Source: Deltaproteobacteria bacterium
GTDB lineage: Bacteria > Desulfobacterota > Desulfobulbia > Desulfobulbales > JAJRZW01
Direction of reading: 5' to 3'
NCBI GenBank assembly: GCA_024275015.1
Contig: JAJRZW010000016.1
Location: 76,275 to 140,274 of the forward strand
Length of the DNA stretch: 64,000 nucleotides
Shown here: piece after piece, positions 59,653 to 64,000 of the stretch
Layout: each line of letters starts with the position of its first letter
Numbering within the stretch: position 1 is the stretch's first letter
Program-made: the position numbers and the translations under genes
Notes under the pieces: generated by a model
Told to the model about the DNA's origin: nothing
Databases searched by the model: none
What the model saw: only the letters and a program-made list of their open reading frames with translations

Positions 59653-59834
59653 ACTGAAAGCTGAAAAAGACGAGCATGCCGGATCAGGGTAAAAAGGCCA
59701 ATCGGCCGAAAACACGCCCATAGCATTTACATACTTTTATCTTTTCCCGAATCCATGGACGTCCAGGAACAGCGCGGAATGAGGCGGAAACGCTGTTGAC
59801 CATGCTTTACATATCAACGAATGGTCAAGGCCGC

Positions 59835-60038
59835 TCAGATATTCAGTTCAAAATCGTCATCGTCACAGGTGAACAGGCCGTCGCGGATCTCGCTCATCAT
59901 CGCTTCCACGTCTTTTTCGTCAATGATCCGTTTGCAACCAGGACATTTACCCTTACCACCTTTAAACCAACTGACCGGCATACGGATTTCATCACTGCAG
60001 TCGGGACATTTGAAGGTCCAGATTTCATTTACCGGCAT
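59835..60038 (-). CDS. small zinc-ribbon protein
   Basis: CPDC...CPGC, RBS AGGA. Confidence 0.6.
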   Translation of the reverse strand: MPVNEIWTFKCPDCSDEIRMPVSWFKGGKGKCPGCKRIIDEKDVEAMMSEIRDGLFTCDDDDFELNI

Positions 60039-60051
60039 ATTTCCTGTCCTC

Positions 60052-60144
60052 GATGAAGTCGTAACAATTCCCCGCTCCGGGGAGAAAACGGCGATTTCCG
60101 GAAATCGCCGAAGACGCCTGCGCTGGACTTGTTACGAGTCCAGC
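60052..60144. mobile_element. MITE B, internally deleted copy
   Basis: GATGAAGTCGTAACAA...TTGTTACGAGTCCAGC; E-type end at about 60148-60172. Confidence 0.82.
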
Positions 60145-60236
60145 AAATAAAAAGTTCGACATACAAGGAGTGGGATATTTTTGCGAGTGAAAAGACCGTT
60201 CCCCAAGATACCCTTTAATATTCGATACCATAATTT

Positions 60237-60494
60237 TTAGACATAAGCGTCGATACGGTTTGATTGCCGTTGTTCGGCACCCTCCACCGCCCGATTCCGG
60301 GCCATATCCCGCTCCACCCGGGCACTTTCCCTCGCCTCGCTTGAAATATCCGCCACCACCGCCGGAGAGGCCCCGGCCTCGCGACGACGCTGTTCTCCGG
60401 CCTGAGGCTCGACTTGCTGATTGCGGGAATTGCCGGGAACCGCACCGGCTGTCCGCTGATAGGTATCCGCCGCCCTGACCTGTGATATTGCCAC
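60237..60494 (-). CDS. small hypothetical protein
   Basis: GTG start after GGGGG RBS; ADISSEAR and C-terminal IDAYV. Confidence 0.6.
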   Translation of the reverse strand: MAISQVRAADTYQRTAGAVPGNSRNQQVEPQAGEQRRREAGASPAVVADISSEARESARVERDMARNRAVEGAEQRQSNRIDAYV

Positions 60495-60530
60495 GACTTC
60501 CCCCCAATCTCCATTTGGAAAGTTAAAATT

Positions 60531-60690
60531 GATGGCGTCGTAAAAAGTCCGATCTACTGCGTTGTGGCGTTTCGACAGACCTTCGGCATACCATATGTAT
60601 GGCCGAATCCCTGCCGAACCACCACGCCTTGTATATCGAACTTGTTGACTTAGCCATCTTTGTTAGTGATTGACTTTTTACGAGTCCATC
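60531..60690. mobile_element. MITE family E (B-type TIRs)
   Basis: GATGGCGTCGTAAAAAGTC...GACTTTTTACGAGTCCATC, with an internal alternative end at 60630-60659. Confidence 0.82.
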
Positions 60691-60789
60691 AAAGTGACTC
60701 TGTACGTCTGAATCTTATGCTACCATGATCGGGAGAATCGGTAGATTTTTTTTTGATTCCAGCGGTGATCCCAACATTCGGACTGTTAT

Positions 60790-60939
60790 CAGACCGTTGA
60801 AAAAGCCGTCCATGCCTTTTTCAACTCCGGTTGGCCAAAACAAGTTCCGGCAAACCTCTCGATTTCACCGGGGTTTTCAAACCCGGCAAAATCGGCGGCG
60901 CGGACATCAGACGCGTACAGTCCGTTTCTCAACGGACTG
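60790..60939. mobile_element. MITE family A, long copy
   Basis: TIRs with TTAT direct repeats. Confidence 0.92.
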
Positions 60940-60949
60940 TTATGACAAG

Positions 60950-61052
60950 CTGACAAGGGCTTCCCATGCCACACGTGCTCAAAAAACCACAATACATACA
61001 TATATTACGGAGTTCGAGCACGTGTGGCATGGGGCTCATGGAACGCTTACGT
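60950..61052. repeat. palindromic repeat family D
   Basis: CCATGCCACACGTGCTC/GAGCACGTGTGGCATGG stem, end CATGGAACGCTTACG. Confidence 0.7.
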
Positions 61053-61070
61053 ATTTTTCAAATGGAACAA

Positions 61071-61886
61071 TCAGCCCTCACGCCGGCGATACCTATCCAT
61101 AACCATCCGCATACTCTTCTGTAACCTGACAAGGGCCTTGGCGAGCTTACCCACCTCATCACGGCGCCGCATACGAATTTCCTCCCCCATGCGCCCCTGA
61201 CTTATATCATTAGCCATTTTGGTCAGATAAGTAATGGCCCGGGACAGACGACCGGCGAAAAATACCGGCAGAAAGACCCCCCACAAAACGGAAACCCCGA
61301 AGACAATCTGTAGAATAAATCCGGTTTCCTGACGCATGGAGGTAAGCTTCTGCCAGCCGATATTGACCTTACGCATGGCATCACGCCCTAATTTATCCGC
61401 GATATCCTCAATGACATGGGTCCGGTCTTTAAATGTCCCGTATTCAGCCTTGTTCACCGCGGCGTAAGATTTAGTCTTCTTGAACCTGGCCACAACCTTG
61501 TCAAAATCAACCATGTTCTCATTCATGAGTTTTTTAACCTCAGCCAACTTCGCCAGCGAAGCGGTATCGTTACTCTCCTGATAACGGGTTTCAATCTGCG
61601 GAATGAACTCGTCACGAATCCGGGTGTAAGATTTTTTCCACGCCACCACATATTTCAACTGTTTCTTTTCATTCCGGGGGAAAATAAAAAATTCCTTTTC
61701 CAAGCGGCGGGATCTGGCCAACTCCTTGGCAAAATAATTGGCGTTCTCGTTTATCCTGACATCATGTACCAGGGTATCGGTCATCCGGCCGATATTACGA
61801 AAACTGATCAGAGTAAAGACAATGACCCCGATCGTAATCAGGGTGCAGGTCAGAAAAGCCAGGAAAATTTTGAGTTTCAGATTCAT
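61071..61886 (-). CDS. periplasmic four-helix sensor plus HAMP, no output domain
   Basis: Two TMs; RRLEKEFF; RRDEVGKLAKAL, ends right after HAMP. Confidence 0.8.
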   Translation of the reverse strand: MNLKLKIFLAFLTCTLITIGVIVFTLISFRNIGRMTDTLVHDVRINENANYFAKELARSRRLEKEFFIFPRNEKKQLKYVVAWKKSYTRIRDEFIPQIETRYQESNDTASLAKLAEVKKLMNENMVDFDKVVARFKKTKSYAAVNKAEYGTFKDRTHVIEDIADKLGRDAMRKVNIGWQKLTSMRQETGFILQIVFGVSVLWGVFLPVFFAGRLSRAITYLTKMANDISQGRMGEEIRMRRRDEVGKLAKALVRLQKSMRMVMDRYRRREG

Positions 61887-62125
61887 CAGGGCAACCTCCG
61901 CATCAGTTTATCTTCCCGAAATCCTTTTAAAAGCCACAAAAACCAGCAACCACATCGCCTTGCCGGCAGAACCTCGGCAAATAAACGGAACTTCCGCGAC
62001 ATATTCACTCGTTATCACGATACCGTCAACATCCGCCAAAGGCTTCTAACCATCAATTGTGACCATAATAACATATTTCATCAACATCGCCGTTATAATC
62101 ACAAAAAACCGTGACAGGTCAAATG

Positions 62126-62788
62126 TCAGCCATAAATCATGCGCCTGCGGATAGTATCGACGACCGTTGCCGGAACCATGGCACTTACATCCTCACCGCC
62201 CCAAAGATCCTGCCTGACAGCGGTCGACGACAATTCCGGGATATCAAGGTCAAGAAAACGCACCCGGCCGCGATTACCGCCGACCCAGGCCCCGGAACCA
62301 TCTTTCTCATAGGCGGAGAATACGGCGGTAATTGCCGCGGCCGGAGAAAAATCATATCCGCGCCGACGGACCACCACCAGCTCGGCAAGCTCAGGGATAA
62401 CTGCCGCTTCCTTCCACATCGGCAGGTCAAGAAAGGCGTCAAGACCGATGAGCAAAAAAAACCTTACCGTCGGGTCCACCTGCCGGCGCAGGAGGCGCAG
62501 GGTATCAACCGAATAAGAAGGGGTGTGGCGTTGCGCCTCGATATCGGAGACCAGAAATGCCTCATCATCGGCAACCGCGGCCCGAACCATTGCCAACCGC
62601 TGCGCAAATGATGCCGAGGTCACGCTTTTATGAGGGGGCCGCGATGCCGGAATAAAAAGCACCACGTCAAGATCGAGGGCCGCGAGCGCCCCCCGGGCCA
62701 AGGCAAGATGACCGTAATGGGGAGGATCAAAGGCGCCGCCAAAAACACCCACCCGGCGGCCGGTATTTTTTCCCAGAACCGGGGCCAT
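62126..62788 (-). CDS. nadD: nicotinate-nucleotide adenylyltransferase
   Basis: GGAFDPPHYGH, PPHK, SYSVDT, LSSTAVR. Confidence 0.95.
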   Translation of the reverse strand: MAPVLGKNTGRRVGVFGGAFDPPHYGHLALARGALAALDLDVVLFIPASRPPHKSVTSASFAQRLAMVRAAVADDEAFLVSDIEAQRHTPSYSVDTLRLLRRQVDPTVRFFLLIGLDAFLDLPMWKEAAVIPELAELVVVRRRGYDFSPAAAITAVFSAYEKDGSGAWVGGNRGRVRFLDLDIPELSSTAVRQDLWGGEDVSAMVPATVVDTIRRRMIYG

Positions 62789-62790
62789 CC

Positions 62791-64000
62791 CTACTCCCGG
62801 ATCTCACCTTCGCCGTATACGATAAACTTACGGGCGGTCAATTCCCGAAGTCCCATGGGGCCGTAGGCGTGAAGCTTACTGGTGGAAATGCCGATCTCGG
62901 AACCGAGGCCGAACTGCCCCCCGTCGCTGAAACGACTTGAGGCGTTGACCATTACCGCCGCGGCGTCGACTTCACGAAGAAAACGCTGAGAATTGGCGTA
63001 GTCGGGAGTGATTATGACCTCGGTATGCCGGGAACCATAGCGGTCTATATGATCCATGGCGGCGTCGAGATCTCCGACCACCCGCACCGCCAGAATCAGG
63101 GCAAGGAATTCCGCCGGCCAGTCATCCGGGACCGCGGCCCTGGCCTCCGGTACCAGGGCGCAGGTCTTTTCACAGCCGCGGATCTCCACCCCGGCATCTT
63201 TCAAACGGGCGGCGACAAACGGAAGAAAGGTCTCCGCCTCGGCCTCATGCACCAGCATGGTCTCAAGGGCGTTACAGACCCCGGGACGCTGCGCCTTGCC
63301 GTTCAAGATTATCCGCGCCGCCATCTCATGATCGGCGCCGCGGTCGACAAAGGCGTGGCATACCCCTTTATAATGTTTAAGTACCGGAATCCTTGAATTG
63401 GCGGCAACAAAACGAATCAGGCTCTCGCCGCCGCGGGGAATGACCAGGTCGATGCAGTCCTCCTGCTCAAGGAGGACGTTCACCGCTTCACGGTCAGTGG
63501 TCGGCACCACCTGGACGGCGGCGGCATCGGCCCCGGACGCGGTCATGGCCTCCCGCAATATCCGCCCCAGGGCAACGTTGGAATGTACCGCCTCGGAACC
63601 GCCACGAAGAAAAACGGCATTACCGGCCTTGAGACAGAGGGCGGCGGCGTCAATGGTGACATTGGGACGGGATTCATAGATCATCGCCACCACCCCGAGA
63701 GGAATCCGCATCCTCCCGACCAGAATTCCGCTCGGACGACGGACCATATCGTCAACCTCGCCCACCGGATCGGGCAAGGCCGCGATCTCCTCCAGACCCC
63801 GGACCATGGCATCTATCACTCCGTCGCTCAATTCCAGGCGGTCGAGCATGGCCGGACTCAGGCCCTTTTCCCGGCCCGCCTCCAGATCCCTGGCGTTCTC
63901 AGTCTGAATATAATCCCTCTGTTCCACCAGCATCCGGGCGGTAGTGGTAAGGATATCGTTTTTGACTCCGGTGGGAAGCGCGGCCGTATTCCGGGCCGCC
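62791..64000 (-). CDS. proA: gamma-glutamyl phosphate reductase (5'-truncated by the window)
   Basis: [31 protein letters not shown]. Confidence 0.96.
   Translation of the reverse strand, partial: AARNTAALPTGVKNDILTTTARMLVEQRDYIQTENARDLEAGREKGLSPAMLDRLELSDGVIDAMVRGLEEIAALPDPVGEVDDMVRRPSGILVGRMRIPLGVVAMIYESRPNVTIDAAALCLKAGNAVFLRGGSEAVHSNVALGRILREAMTASGADAAAVQVVPTTDREAVNVLLEQEDCIDLVIPRGGESLIRFVAANSRIPVLKHYKGVCHAFVDRGADHEMAARIILNGKAQRPGVCNALETMLVHEAEAETFLPFVAARLKDAGVEIRGCEKTCALVPEARAAVPDDWPAEFLALILAVRVVGDLDAAMDHIDRYGSRHTEVIITPDYANSQRFLREVDAAAVMVNASSRFSDGGQFGLGSEIGISTSKLHAYGPMGLRELTARKFIVYGEGEIRE

Overview
Bacterial chromosomal segment. Gene content and protein character suggest Desulfobacterota, probably Desulfobulbaceae-like (inference). 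It opens with the AT-richer tail of a surface-glycan modification locus (1-5322). An Fe-alcohol dehydrogenase follows, then an unusual 7-gene operon (7138-14537): two YVTN-type beta-propellers each with one CxxCH, two Cys-Cys MacB/LolE-type permeases, an ATPase, a TlpA thioredoxin and a membrane protein, preceded by a 175-nt structured leader. The rest is mostly housekeeping and signalling genes (aminotransferase, truA, argC, rpsI, rplM, hisB, ttcA, hemB, ClpX-like, ntrYX, hflX, selB, Mrp, GGDEF, WD40-Sel1, CsgG, histidine kinases, malQ, sigma70, comEC, pilT, era, nadD, proA) plus tRNA-Gly(GCC) and tRNA-Glu(CTC). Many intergenic spaces hold short palindromic MITE-like elements of at least 4-6 families (about 35 copies or fragments, no transposase seen). 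These show target-site duplications, nesting at a fixed site and compensatory stem changes. hisB has an in-frame TAA, and malQ lacks an in-frame canonical start. All calls are by eye; no searches were run.
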